Shown: one piece after another, positions 19,488-29,541 of the stretch
Layout of the letters: each line of letters starts with the position of its first letter
How positions within the stretch are numbered: the first letter of the stretch is position 1
Virus record (IMG/VR): IMGVR_UViG_3300008107_000253
Span: 7,024 to 71,023 of that record
Length of the DNA: 64,000 nucleotides
DNA from: a virus
Strand: one strand, 5' to 3'
Notes under the pieces: model-generated
What the model was told of the DNA's origin: nothing
What the model saw: only the letters and a program-made list of their open reading frames with translations
Databases searched by the model: none
Translations under genes and position numbers: made by a program

Positions 19488-20512
19488 GACTTCATATACG
19501 ACATCTTAGCATCTAATCCTTCTTTTGCGTAATTGAGAATTAGTTGATAAGGAAATTCATTCTTGTTTTTATCAATGCATATTTCATTGATGTCTTTATA
19601 TTGCCAATTTGGCCATATAAAAACTGTTTCTCCTCTGTCAACTAATTCGAGAAATTTATCTGTCACCTCTTCATTTTGATCTTGATAGGGATTGTCTAGC
19701 ACCCATATAATTTTATAAAAGTCAGATAATGCTTTGATTTGTTTCTCTTGCTTTGTTGTGTAGTTAATACCAGCAACTGCAACTCCATTCTTCACAAAAC
19801 ATGCATCAATCGGCCCTTCAAATACAAAGATATATGGAATATCGGGAGTGATATTACTGATATTGAAAATGGTCTTGTCTGAATTAATCTTTGATAGATA
19901 TTTTGGCCCATCTTGATCTGCTTGAATTTTTCTTGATTGATAAAATTCAACATTCTTACCAGACTCATCGTAAAAAGGAATAATAATTCTATTTCGATGA
20001 AATCGATCCTTATGAGAATAATATAATGATTTTGGTCTATTAATTGCCGTGTCTAATTTTCTTGATCGAATATATTCATCAGCATCGACAACATTACGGT
20101 CACTTTTGTAAAAGTCGATAGTATTTTCATCTAAGAGATCAATGCAATCCGTTGGAATTGCTGGTGTGTCATTTGTGTATTTTTTGTTATCTACCTTTTT
20201 AAAGAATCGTCCACTTGGTTCTGTTTCAAATCCATAATTGGTTCTTGCTTCATTAATGATCTGTGAGGGAGACATATTTGATGCCTCTTTAATCCACCAT
20301 AATGCCGACCATGAGCCTTGGCAATTATGACAAAAGAAACTATTGGTTTGTGGGTAATAATACAGTCTCTTCTTTTTAAGCCAAGATTTTCCTTCTCTGC
20401 AAATAGGACACGATGCGTTGTATTTATCACCTACGCGGCGAGGCTTGCCCGCATATAAAAAGAACTTTTCCAGTACATATTCGACTGGTAATATATTGTC
20501 GTATTCTCCCAT
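19484..20512 (-). CDS. DNA primase (T4 gp61-like)
   Basis: Zn finger CPIC...CHNC; RIIIPFY...YQSR...PKYL; TOPRIM FEGPIDA...WVLDN...KDINE. Confidence 0.92.
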   Translation of the reverse strand: MGEYDNILPVEYVLEKFFLYAGKPRRVGDKYNASCPICREGKSWLKKKRLYYYPQTNSFFCHNCQGSWSALWWIKEASNMSPSQIINEARTNYGFETEPSGRFFKKVDNKKYTNDTPAIPTDCIDLLDENTIDFYKSDRNVVDADEYIRSRKLDTAINRPKSLYYSHKDRFHRNRIIIPFYDESGKNVEFYQSRKIQADQDGPKYLSKINSDKTIFNISNITPDIPYIFVFEGPIDACFVKNGVAVAGINYTTKQEKQIKALSDFYKIIWVLDNPYQDQNEEVTDKFLELVDRGETVFIWPNWQYKDINEICIDKNKNEFPYQLILNYAKEGLDAKMSYMKS

Positions 20513-20522
20513 TGCCTCTAAG

Positions 20523-20530
20523 TATAAATA
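20523..20530 (+). promoter_or_regulatory. T4 late promoter consensus TATAAATA
   Basis: Exact consensus, 6 nt before the ATG at 20537, heading the baseplate cluster. Confidence 0.7.
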
Positions 20531-20536
20531 ATTACT

Positions 20537-20911
20537 ATGAATTATAGCGAGCTGATTGCTTTTTATCAACGGAATTTATTAGGAGAAAAGGATTACCGTG
20601 GTTTTGACCCTTATCGAAAATTAGGCCAAGATCAAGGATCTATGAATATTACAGCCAAAAAAGATGAAAATAAATATAGGCCATACAATCAAAGCTCTAG
20701 TGAATTATCAACCGACACTGACCAACAGCTTAAAAAAATAGATGTCACCCGCATTGGCTCAACTTTGCCGATTTCTGAAATTGTTGCGAGAGAATTAATG
20801 TCATACTACAACATCAAGGTCAGTGCAGAAGAGCCACAAAAAATGATAGATTCAAAAAGCAATTTATCATTAAATTTTGGAGAGAATGGTTATTATCTAA
20901 GAAAAAATTAA
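20537..20911 (+). CDS. Hypothetical late protein
   Basis: 124-aa ORF after the late promoter. Confidence 0.6.
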   Translation: MNYSELIAFYQRNLLGEKDYRGFDPYRKLGQDQGSMNITAKKDENKYRPYNQSSSELSTDTDQQLKKIDVTRIGSTLPISEIVARELMSYYNIKVSAEEPQKMIDSKSNLSLNFGENGYYLRKN

Positions 20912-20912
20912 A

Positions 20913-21695
20913 ATGAGTTGTCAAGTACCACCCGCAGTAGAATTTAATCCAGAATCTGTTAATAACAACACAACAGAAGGACCTATACCTGCCTTTTTGG
21001 AAATGATTAGTAAATGGCCTGCGGGTGTGCCATTAGACAGCATGTGGTCTGTTTATTATGTAACTCCTGAAATTAATAAAGACTTTATTACAGAACCTAA
21101 AATATCATTAAATACAAATACTGTAAACGGTGCTGGTGTTGATTATAATAAAGCGTGGGATTTGGCTGAATATCGAAATCAAATAATCAAAGCAAGCGAC
21201 AAGACAATTGCTGGTTGGTATAAAAGTAATATGATTGCAACTGGCATTAAAATAGGAGGCGATAAAATAAAAACTTCAAGAGTTGGCTCAAAAGGTTCTG
21301 AAGGATATCTTAAAGGAATTGTTACGGATGGTCGTGAGGATTTAGATACGTTAGAAATTGCTTGCTTAGAAACAAATATTTCTTATGCTGATATGGTCAT
21401 TAGGCCTTGGTTATTAAAAATCGCATCATATAGTCTTATCGCTGCGTCGTCGGATGCTTCAAATACTCGTAATTTTTTAAAATCGGATATTGTCTGTACA
21501 CTTTACGGATTAGTAGGACCAGGCAAAACACCAATCAAAAGAAAATCTTATTATTTCTATGATGCATTTCCTGTGCAAGTCGAGGGCGAGTCATATAATT
21601 TCAGTACATCGAAATCAATGGAAATCCGAAGCATTAAATTTGCGTATTCTCATTATGCTATTATTCAAGGTGAAACTAATTACCCAAAAAATTAA
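20913..21695 (+). CDS. Tail-tube-fold baseplate protein (gp54-like)
   Basis: LEIACLETNISYADMVIRPW...YYFYDAFPVQV...FAYSHY tube-fold motifs; located in the baseplate cluster. Confidence 0.6.
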   Translation: MSCQVPPAVEFNPESVNNNTTEGPIPAFLEMISKWPAGVPLDSMWSVYYVTPEINKDFITEPKISLNTNTVNGAGVDYNKAWDLAEYRNQIIKASDKTIAGWYKSNMIATGIKIGGDKIKTSRVGSKGSEGYLKGIVTDGREDLDTLEIACLETNISYADMVIRPWLLKIASYSLIAASSDASNTRNFLKSDIVCTLYGLVGPGKTPIKRKSYYFYDAFPVQVEGESYNFSTSKSMEIRSIKFAYSHYAIIQGETNYPKN

Positions 21696-21703
21696 ATTAC
21701 TAA

Positions 21704-22594
21704 ATGCTAAAGTCATTTAATAGCATTTGGATGCCAAGTGTCAATACTGAAATGTATTTTTCAGAAATGACTCATTATCAAGAGAAAATTTTAGCAAAGG
21801 CTGCAAAGCAATCTAGTCCACAAATGACATCCTTTTGCAAGGCTTTGGACTCGGTCATGGCAGAAAATTGCCATTCCAAAGACCATCCATTTAATATCAT
21901 TGACCGTTTGTATTATGCGATATACACTCGCGGTATGTGTTTTAGTAATGAACTAAAATATTCACTCGAATGTCATTGTGGCGAACAACTGAATTTCAAT
22001 ACAAATATAAATGATATTGTTGCGAAATTAAACTACGAAACTGACCCACATATTGTTCGTCTGGGTGAATATAATTTTACAATAGATTGGCCGACTGTAT
22101 CTTCTGAATGGCAATATCGAAAAATATCTGAATCTGATAATTCGATTAGTGTTGTGCCATTATATGTCAAAAAAATCGAAATAAGCAATCATATCATAGA
22201 TTTAATTCCATTTACATATGATCAAAAAAATACTCTCCTGACTTCTTTGAATCCGGATATATACTATCAAATTGAAAACTCAGTTGTTCAATTTCTTAAA
22301 AATGAAAAAACTAAAGAAATAATATTTGAATATAATTGCCCTTCTTGTGGTGATATGATTTTTAATTTGACATCCCATCCATCACATTTGTATTCATTTG
22401 TCTTATCCATATACAATTGCGATTTAAGAGATTTGTATATCAAAGAACTAAATTATGCGACAATGTATCCTGGTCAGAATGTTAATGAAGTGGTGCCTAT
22501 TGAGAGAGATTATATGGTTACACTGAAAACAGAAATAGCACAACAGAATCGAGATGCAAAGCAATTTGAAAATAAATTCGGAGACTTTGAGTAA
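21704..22594 (+). CDS. Baseplate hub assembly protein (gp26-like)
   Basis: IWMPS...FSEMT...EKIL...DRLYYAIYTRG...CHC...WPT...CPSC. Confidence 0.65.
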   Translation: MLKSFNSIWMPSVNTEMYFSEMTHYQEKILAKAAKQSSPQMTSFCKALDSVMAENCHSKDHPFNIIDRLYYAIYTRGMCFSNELKYSLECHCGEQLNFNTNINDIVAKLNYETDPHIVRLGEYNFTIDWPTVSSEWQYRKISESDNSISVVPLYVKKIEISNHIIDLIPFTYDQKNTLLTSLNPDIYYQIENSVVQFLKNEKTKEIIFEYNCPSCGDMIFNLTSHPSHLYSFVLSIYNCDLRDLYIKELNYATMYPGQNVNEVVPIERDYMVTLKTEIAQQNRDAKQFENKFGDFE

Positions 22595-22619
22595 CCCACG
22601 TGTAAATTAATTGAAAGAC

Positions 22620-23444
22620 ATGAGTGATACTTTAAAAATTTTAAATTTTAATGATGCTTTGAGTTTGGTTAAAAAAACAACCGATTCTGCTGTATATGAA
22701 GTTTGGATTCCATCATTGGATAAAAACGTCAAATTTCGGCCACTTAATGCAGCACAACATAAAAGCATTATTCAATGTGCTTTAAAAGCTTCGATTCTGC
22801 CTTCTCAATTTAATAATGTCTTTTATAAGATTATTAAAGAATGTGTTGTAGATATTGAGGTAGAACCAAATTCATTCACAATTCTTGATAAAATTTTTAT
22901 TGCATATCACATACGCAAAAATAGCATTGGTCCTGTTGTTGATTATACCTTATCCGTTAAAAATAAGAAAAAACAGATTCAATTCCAATTAGATGATGCT
23001 ATTTCCAATTTTAAAACAAAGTATCGAGAATTTGCACCCCAAACAATTCAAAGTACTGATCTTGAAATTGATGTAAAGGTGCCTACTCTGGAAGCTGAAA
23101 ATGCTACGGATAGATATATCATTGATAACAATATCGATCGCATTGATGATAATAATGAAGAAAAAATTAATAACGTATTAACTGAATCTGTTGTTTATAC
23201 AATTTCAAAATTCATTCAAGAAATTCGAATTGGGTCAAATGTCATATTATTTTATAAACTCACTACTTCTGAAAAGATTCAACTATTGAATAGTCTCGAT
23301 AAACCGACATTTGATAAAATTTATAATTATGTAGTTGAATTTAATAAATTGAAGACATTACTTATGCAGAATACTGTTAAAAGTGATAACTCAACGATTG
23401 ACATTAATGTTGATGTGTTGACTCCGGAATTCTTTATAGAGTAA
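22620..23444 (+). CDS. Second gp26-like baseplate protein
   Basis: VWIPSLDKNVKFRPL...DKIFIAYHIRKNSIG...VPT. Confidence 0.65.
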   Translation: MSDTLKILNFNDALSLVKKTTDSAVYEVWIPSLDKNVKFRPLNAAQHKSIIQCALKASILPSQFNNVFYKIIKECVVDIEVEPNSFTILDKIFIAYHIRKNSIGPVVDYTLSVKNKKKQIQFQLDDAISNFKTKYREFAPQTIQSTDLEIDVKVPTLEAENATDRYIIDNNIDRIDDNNEEKINNVLTESVVYTISKFIQEIRIGSNVILFYKLTTSEKIQLLNSLDKPTFDKIYNYVVEFNKLKTLLMQNTVKSDNSTIDINVDVLTPEFFIE

Positions 23445-23458
23445 CTTTTATAATCAGC

Positions 23459-23466
23459 CATAAATA
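23459..23466 (+). promoter_or_regulatory. Late-like promoter CATAAATA
   Basis: 6 nt before the ATG at 23473. Confidence 0.55.
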
Positions 23467-23472
23467 TATTAC

Positions 23473-25653
23473 ATGGCTGAACCCAATCAAGAATCACCAA
23501 TTAACATTAATCGTGTAAATTTTACTGTTCAAAATTTACAAGATCTTATTGGGAAGGATCAGGTTGCCAGATTAGCGTCTGTATTAGAAGAACAGTTATC
23601 AAAATCGGCTAGTCAATTGAATTTGACTGCACGCATTGATCGTATATTTGATCATATGTATAATGCCGATATGCAACGGAAATTAAAAGATCCTGTTGAA
23701 AAGGCATTAAGAAATGTATTGTCTAAAATACAAAACATTGATATCGATACTAGTCGTAAATTAAGCCTCGAACGCCTCGACATTACTAAGCTCATTGATA
23801 CGAAAAAACTTACGAGATCGGTATCTGATGATTTAAGAAATAATTATAAAACCATTGTCGATAAGGTTTTTAATGCTATCGATATCAATAGTGCAACTAT
23901 TAAGCCTGTTGATATAGGATCATTTTTTGATCGTGCTGTATTTGAACCCGATGATAAATCGATTTCAAAATTTAATGATTTGCGGTTTAAAATTATAAGC
24001 CAAATCGAAAACGGAATGAAATCGACTCAAATAAGCATTCCGAAAGAAATTGATTTAAGTGCAATCATAAAAGGCAGTCTTGCTGGCATGGATGTGGAAT
24101 ACGATCGATCTGTTCGCAACCAGCTCAATAAAATGAGAACAGCAGTTCTTGGTAAGATATCCGCTTATGTCAAAAATTTCGACAACAACAAAGATCTATT
24201 CAGTGGAGAAATTGACATTCATAATATTATGGATGTCATTATGGGGTCAAATAATCCGGAAATGGGTGCATTGTCTTCTTTTAAATTTAATGTAATGAGG
24301 TATAATTTGCTGTCTAAATTAGGCAATGCCGTTAAGAATGCAAATTTTCATTTTGATGATATCGATATTTTAAAAGTTTTAGGCGATACACCTAAGATGG
24401 GATTCTTTGATAGAAAACGCCTAAGCAAATCGAGAGAAAAAATATTAGACAAAATCGACAAATATCAACTCGATAAAAATTGGGATTTTGATACAAAAAT
24501 AGATGTCCTGAAAATTCTCGGCGATAGGCCTGATATGGGGATGTTCAATAGAATACGCCTGGGTAATTTACGCAAAAGTATACTCGACAAAATCGAATCG
24601 CTAGTAGAACGCATGACTAAGAAAGATCTGGTTACTGGTATTGACATATCGTCTATTTCTGGTATAAACAGAAATCTTGCAAATGCAGTGCCACCGGCAT
24701 CTAGTGAAAATTCTAGTAATATTTTTACAGATGAGAATAAAATTGTCGATGTTCGTCTTGTTGATGTGGCGTGGGATAAATTAGTCAATTGGTCTAATAA
24801 CGAAATGCAAGGAACGTCAAATAAAGGTGATCAGAGTGATAGTAATCAATCTACATTATTTGATATTATAACATCTAAATTAAGCACAATTGTTGCTGCT
24901 CTTGTGGGGTTTACTGGTGCTTGGAAAGGAATAGAATATGTCTTAAAAAAATTAATTGGAACAACCGATGAAGATTTCAAAGCAGACATCAAAGCTAATG
25001 CAGAAGCAATCGAAAAACTAAGTGAATTAAAAGATGGCATACACGAGAAACTTATTAAATCAAGGCCAGGTGGTGATCAAGCCCTTAAATATATTGAACA
25101 AGCCAAAGAACTAATTAAAAATGAAGCAACCGCATTTGAATTAGGACTTCCTGCTAATTTTAGTGGTTTTGACCCTAGTTCAATTGCAGCCTTAATCCGA
25201 AAAAATAATGGAAGCATAAGCGCCACAGACGGGGAATTGCGTCGAATTAATTCACTACCGCCAGAACAAAAAGCAAAAGAAATAAAAATTCTGCAAAAGG
25301 ATCAAGATGAATATATGAATAATTTTTTACAAGGTAAAAATATCTATCCTAGCAATACACCAACCCCAACAAATTACAGTCCACCGGCATCAAATGATGT
25401 GAAGACATCAATGAACAATACAATAAGTACTGGTATAGAAGATATGACGAATATTATTAGCAGCAAATTAGACAAATTAAATTCAACTCTTCCTATGTTC
25501 GCTCAGCAAACATCAAGAGAGCCAATGCCTACCATGCAAGCAGGAAATACAGGACAGTCTCCTGTAACGGATTTTGGAGGGTCAAGAGACCCTGCATATG
25601 AATTTAGAATAAATGCATGGACTCGCATACGAGGAGGTGGAATAATTTCATAA
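23473..25653 (+). CDS. Putative tape-measure / baseplate hub (gp29-like) protein with internal repeats
   Basis: Helical 726-aa protein between the gp26-like and gp48-like genes; one hydrophobic segment; about 45-aa degenerate repeats. Confidence 0.5.
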   Translation: MAEPNQESPININRVNFTVQNLQDLIGKDQVARLASVLEEQLSKSASQLNLTARIDRIFDHMYNADMQRKLKDPVEKALRNVLSKIQNIDIDTSRKLSLERLDITKLIDTKKLTRSVSDDLRNNYKTIVDKVFNAIDINSATIKPVDIGSFFDRAVFEPDDKSISKFNDLRFKIISQIENGMKSTQISIPKEIDLSAIIKGSLAGMDVEYDRSVRNQLNKMRTAVLGKISAYVKNFDNNKDLFSGEIDIHNIMDVIMGSNNPEMGALSSFKFNVMRYNLLSKLGNAVKNANFHFDDIDILKVLGDTPKMGFFDRKRLSKSREKILDKIDKYQLDKNWDFDTKIDVLKILGDRPDMGMFNRIRLGNLRKSILDKIESLVERMTKKDLVTGIDISSISGINRNLANAVPPASSENSSNIFTDENKIVDVRLVDVAWDKLVNWSNNEMQGTSNKGDQSDSNQSTLFDIITSKLSTIVAALVGFTGAWKGIEYVLKKLIGTTDEDFKADIKANAEAIEKLSELKDGIHEKLIKSRPGGDQALKYIEQAKELIKNEATAFELGLPANFSGFDPSSIAALIRKNNGSISATDGELRRINSLPPEQKAKEIKILQKDQDEYMNNFLQGKNIYPSNTPTPTNYSPPASNDVKTSMNNTISTGIEDMTNIISSKLDKLNSTLPMFAQQTSREPMPTMQAGNTGQSPVTDFGGSRDPAYEFRINAWTRIRGGGIIS

Positions 25654-25654
25654 A

Positions 25655-26677
25655 ATGGCAGTTAACTATTCGGCAATCTTAGTAGATATAAAAAATGGCG
25701 GATCACAAAATTCCGGCCCATATAAATATGTATCTACAAATGGAACTATTAATGTAATACAAGACCACAAGTGGGCAATTTTTGATGGTAAAAATCAAAA
25801 AAATATTGAAAATGTTCCTTCTATTATATTAACAGAATATCAGCCGATAGGAAGCCAAACAGTTGGTGTATTGGAAAAATTCATAGGAAATATAAAAGAT
25901 GCATGGGAAACTAATAATAGTAAAAGTGATGCTTTTTTAGATTATTACAAAGAACTATACAATGCAAAACTCACTGGGAACCAGTACATATTTCCTTATT
26001 TTAACTCATCAATAAGATCAAAAACAAACAGCTGGGCTAAAAATCCAGATATATCTAGTGCTGTGGATGCTTTGGGTAAATTGCCATATATAGGCACAGC
26101 CAAAGCAAAGTTAGCAGCTGAAACTGTCACTGCTGGAAATTTAGGAATTGAATATCCTAAAACATGGCAAGGAACTGATGCAGTTGCGACGTATAGTTTT
26201 GAATTTTATTTGCACAATACATTTAGTGAAGAGAATACAAAAAGAAATTTGGCTTTAGTGTCATTGTTATCATATAATAATTCATACAGTCGAAGAAATT
26301 TAGCAATTCAAGATGCTCCTGTAATATACACTGTCGAAATACCTGGTATCAGATATTCCCCGTTTTCTGTGTTTAAAAAGTTAACTATAGACGCTGTGGG
26401 TCAGATGAGAAAAATGAAAATCAATTTAGGTACTGGAGAGCCTCTTGATATAATTTTACCCGAAGCATATAAAATATCAATAGAAATAGAAGATATATTT
26501 ATAGAATCTAGACAGTTATTGCCTGCATCTTTGGGTGCTTCAAAGGTGGTAGTTTTGAGTGACTCTGAAGTTTCCGTTGCAATTGGTGGTTTTATAAGAC
26601 GCGTTGAGGGTGCACTAGGAGGACAACCTCAAGGCGAAGGGACCCCCGGTTCTAGCCCTCCACCTACTTCTCAATGA
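25655..26677 (+). CDS. Baseplate tube-cap protein (gp48-like)
   Basis: PKTWQG...YSFEFYLHN...PVIYTVEIPG pattern; upstream of the LysM/gp53 gene. Confidence 0.55.
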   Translation: MAVNYSAILVDIKNGGSQNSGPYKYVSTNGTINVIQDHKWAIFDGKNQKNIENVPSIILTEYQPIGSQTVGVLEKFIGNIKDAWETNNSKSDAFLDYYKELYNAKLTGNQYIFPYFNSSIRSKTNSWAKNPDISSAVDALGKLPYIGTAKAKLAAETVTAGNLGIEYPKTWQGTDAVATYSFEFYLHNTFSEENTKRNLALVSLLSYNNSYSRRNLAIQDAPVIYTVEIPGIRYSPFSVFKKLTIDAVGQMRKMKINLGTGEPLDIILPEAYKISIEIEDIFIESRQLLPASLGASKVVVLSDSEVSVAIGGFIRRVEGALGGQPQGEGTPGSSPPPTSQ

Positions 26678-27024
26678 AAAAAATAATTAAAGAAAAAATA
26701 GATATATACGAAATGTCATCTTTGTTTAACAAATACGAAGACGATGATGGTATGATTTTCTTTAATATACTTAAGCGCATTAATATCAATGCAGATAATT
26801 TAGAAGATCCTGAAGTATTTGAACCATACCTTATCAAGCCCGGCGATTCATTCACGAGTATAGCACATCGATATTATGGCAATTTAAAAGTTTGGTGGGT
26901 TATATGCACACTCAATAAAATTGATAATCCATTTCAAAAATTAGAAATAGGAACTAAAATTTATCTCTTGCGACCTTCCTATATGGCTAATTTGTTAAAT
27001 AATTTAGCATTTGCAAATGGATAA
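26674..27024 (+). CDS. Baseplate wedge protein (gp53-like, LysM)
   Basis: YLIKPGDSFTSIAHRYYGNLKVWWVICTLNKIDNP. Confidence 0.8.
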   Translation: MKKIIKEKIDIYEMSSLFNKYEDDDGMIFFNILKRININADNLEDPEVFEPYLIKPGDSFTSIAHRYYGNLKVWWVICTLNKIDNPFQKLEIGTKIYLLRPSYMANLLNNLAFANG

Positions 27025-28561
27025 AAATTTTTATATCAAAAATGGCAAAGAATACATCTTTAAGATTATTCTCGTCAATAATGATACACCAAACGAAACT
27101 ACTGTTTTTGAATTCAATCCTAATATGGTTGAAGACCTTGTCATTGAAGAAAGTTTATTTCAATGGTATACCCAGGGCAATATGACTTATATTAACTATG
27201 ATGAAGGGTTGGAAAGAGGAGGTCGTTCTGCGTTAGATCCTTTTAATACCGAAGATACTTTCCTCTACAAATATAGATTTGATTGCTATGATACTCTTAT
27301 AATTTCAATTCAACCTTTAAATCTTGATCCAGCAGACGATCCGAATGAATTTTTATTAGAGTATAAATTTGCAATCTATGATGTGCAAGATATCCCAGCA
27401 AAAGATAACGAGAAGAAAAGAAAGAAAATTTATTTCTGGGATATTGATTATCAATTCATGCTAGATAAAAATGTTGCATGGTCTTCGATTATGCATCCTA
27501 AATTTAGTGAATTGTCAAAATATCAAATCAGCCAATTGACAAATTATCAGAGATCTATTCAGGTATCGGAGTTACTTGAACTATTTTTAGAGCATGAAAA
27601 TATTTGTAATTTTGTTAACCGTATTGATCGAGACAATTGGCGATATACTGCAATAAACCATTTGATGTTTTATACATCTCCAAGTCAGAATTTCCTATCA
27701 GATGATTTGGATACCTTGATTTCGAATGCAATTGCAAGTGATCAATATGATTATTCGCCAATGATTTTTTCTAAAGATCGTGCACCTAAAACAAAAGAAA
27801 ACGGCAAATTCACACTATTGCCATTGTCTGAATATTATGAGAGATCACAAACCGATCTTTTTATGGAAAACATGTTTATTCAATATAAAGGATATAATCA
27901 AGCAATTCCGCTAAAATCTCCAAAATATAAATCGTATCAAGAAAGTGTCATTTTAAGCTATCAGTATGCGCAGTCTGCTGGAATCGATAATTCAAGAGCA
28001 TATCAAATTAAACCACAAACAAACTATAATCACGGATCTGGACAATTTAACTGGGACTCTGCATGGCATACACCGAGCGTTGCGAAAAAATTCGTTGCAA
28101 ACAACATGACTAAACATTTAAAAGCTCTAGGCGAAAATCCTGAGAAGAATACTTTAGTGCTTCTTAATCAATACAAGAAATCAAAGTCATATACACTAAC
28201 ACCCGAATATTCAGATCAACCAACAAGAGAGGGTAGATTAGCCACAGGTCGTAATAAATTAATCAGTTCAATGGTACAATTGAATGATACAATTAATTTT
28301 GTAGCAAGAGGGTTAACTTTTAGGAGACCTGGTCGTTTTATAGGTATTGATTTGTTATACGGCCATGATAATATGGATTTTGATAACCGTTTAATGGGTC
28401 AATGGCTAGTGGCAGAGGTTAAGCACGTTTTCCGTAGTGCTGAATATTTCAACGAAATGACGTGTATTAAAATTCATACGTATCAAAATCTACGACCTCT
28501 TGTGGAGGATTTAGATCCCGATGCATTAAATGTCGAAGGCTGGCCAGAGAGACGACAATAA
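27017..28561 (+). CDS. Baseplate hub protein (gp27-like)
   Basis: LVIEESLF near the N-terminus; C-terminal GLTFRRPGRFI...GQWLVAEVKHVF. Confidence 0.65.
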   Translation: MDKNFYIKNGKEYIFKIILVNNDTPNETTVFEFNPNMVEDLVIEESLFQWYTQGNMTYINYDEGLERGGRSALDPFNTEDTFLYKYRFDCYDTLIISIQPLNLDPADDPNEFLLEYKFAIYDVQDIPAKDNEKKRKKIYFWDIDYQFMLDKNVAWSSIMHPKFSELSKYQISQLTNYQRSIQVSELLELFLEHENICNFVNRIDRDNWRYTAINHLMFYTSPSQNFLSDDLDTLISNAIASDQYDYSPMIFSKDRAPKTKENGKFTLLPLSEYYERSQTDLFMENMFIQYKGYNQAIPLKSPKYKSYQESVILSYQYAQSAGIDNSRAYQIKPQTNYNHGSGQFNWDSAWHTPSVAKKFVANNMTKHLKALGENPEKNTLVLLNQYKKSKSYTLTPEYSDQPTREGRLATGRNKLISSMVQLNDTINFVARGLTFRRPGRFIGIDLLYGHDNMDFDNRLMGQWLVAEVKHVFRSAEYFNEMTCIKIHTYQNLRPLVEDLDPDALNVEGWPERRQ

Positions 28562-28569
28562 TTAATCTT

Positions 28570-29541
28570 ATGGCATTTACTTTAAGATCACCTCAAAATT
28601 CTGAATATCTACAGGACGAACAATTCTATGTTTATGTCAGCTCGAATCCAAATATTACAAGGGAGGATGCTAGAGTCATTGATGAAATAAGATGGTTTCT
28701 TCAATCACAAGATGCTATTAATTTGATTGCTTGTTTTGATGATAAGCTTCACAAAGAAGAAGGAGATCCAAAAGCAAATGAAACATATTGTGATAACGCA
28801 AGAGTAAATAAAAGGCCTTGCAAATTGATTTATCCAAATATGTCAGCAGCACAGTTACGCTACTTTGTTCGTAAAATTGAAAACATTCACCCAGAAATTA
28901 AGCAACTCGTATCTACACATGAAATGCATTTGCCGATATCACCATCTGTGGCAACTCTTGCTATGTTTTCTTCTGATGCCTCTTCAACCGATCTAATCAA
29001 TTTAACAAAGACACATAATTTTACTAGCAAAGATGGTTTTGTTGATTTGGTGTATGACACAAATGCTAATATTCCTGCAGTTGCCCCTTTAAGTATAATA
29101 CAGCAACAATATCCACAAGTAAATGAATGGGTCGATAAGCTGAATGCATCTGCAAATGGTTTATATGTACAGTCATTACCAGATAAAACATACGGCAAAG
29201 TAAAGACAGAATATAATTCTAGTGAAGCTCATGGCTTATTATTGGGCAATGATGCATTAAAGGCTTCAAGAGTATCTGGTGCTGTAAATTCTATTTTAGA
29301 AAATGCCTACAATAGATACAAAGATCGTTATCGTTTAATGGATCATTTAGTGCCATTGGTGTCTCGATATGAACCAGGCAAGGCTGCTTTGTTTTACAAA
29401 TTTGACATCGAGGGGATACAAACAGAAATGGACCCAAATGGTACAAAGAAAAATAGCAATAATGTGCCGAATAAAATCCTTTATGCCTATATTGAACGGT
29501 TTAATGATGACAATGTCAATGGTAAATATATCCAATCGTAA
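28570..29541 (+). CDS. Hypothetical protein in the baseplate cluster
   Basis: 323-aa ORF coupled to the gp5-like gene. Confidence 0.6.
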   Translation: MAFTLRSPQNSEYLQDEQFYVYVSSNPNITREDARVIDEIRWFLQSQDAINLIACFDDKLHKEEGDPKANETYCDNARVNKRPCKLIYPNMSAAQLRYFVRKIENIHPEIKQLVSTHEMHLPISPSVATLAMFSSDASSTDLINLTKTHNFTSKDGFVDLVYDTNANIPAVAPLSIIQQQYPQVNEWVDKLNASANGLYVQSLPDKTYGKVKTEYNSSEAHGLLLGNDALKASRVSGAVNSILENAYNRYKDRYRLMDHLVPLVSRYEPGKAALFYKFDIEGIQTEMDPNGTKKNSNNVPNKILYAYIERFNDDNVNGKYIQS

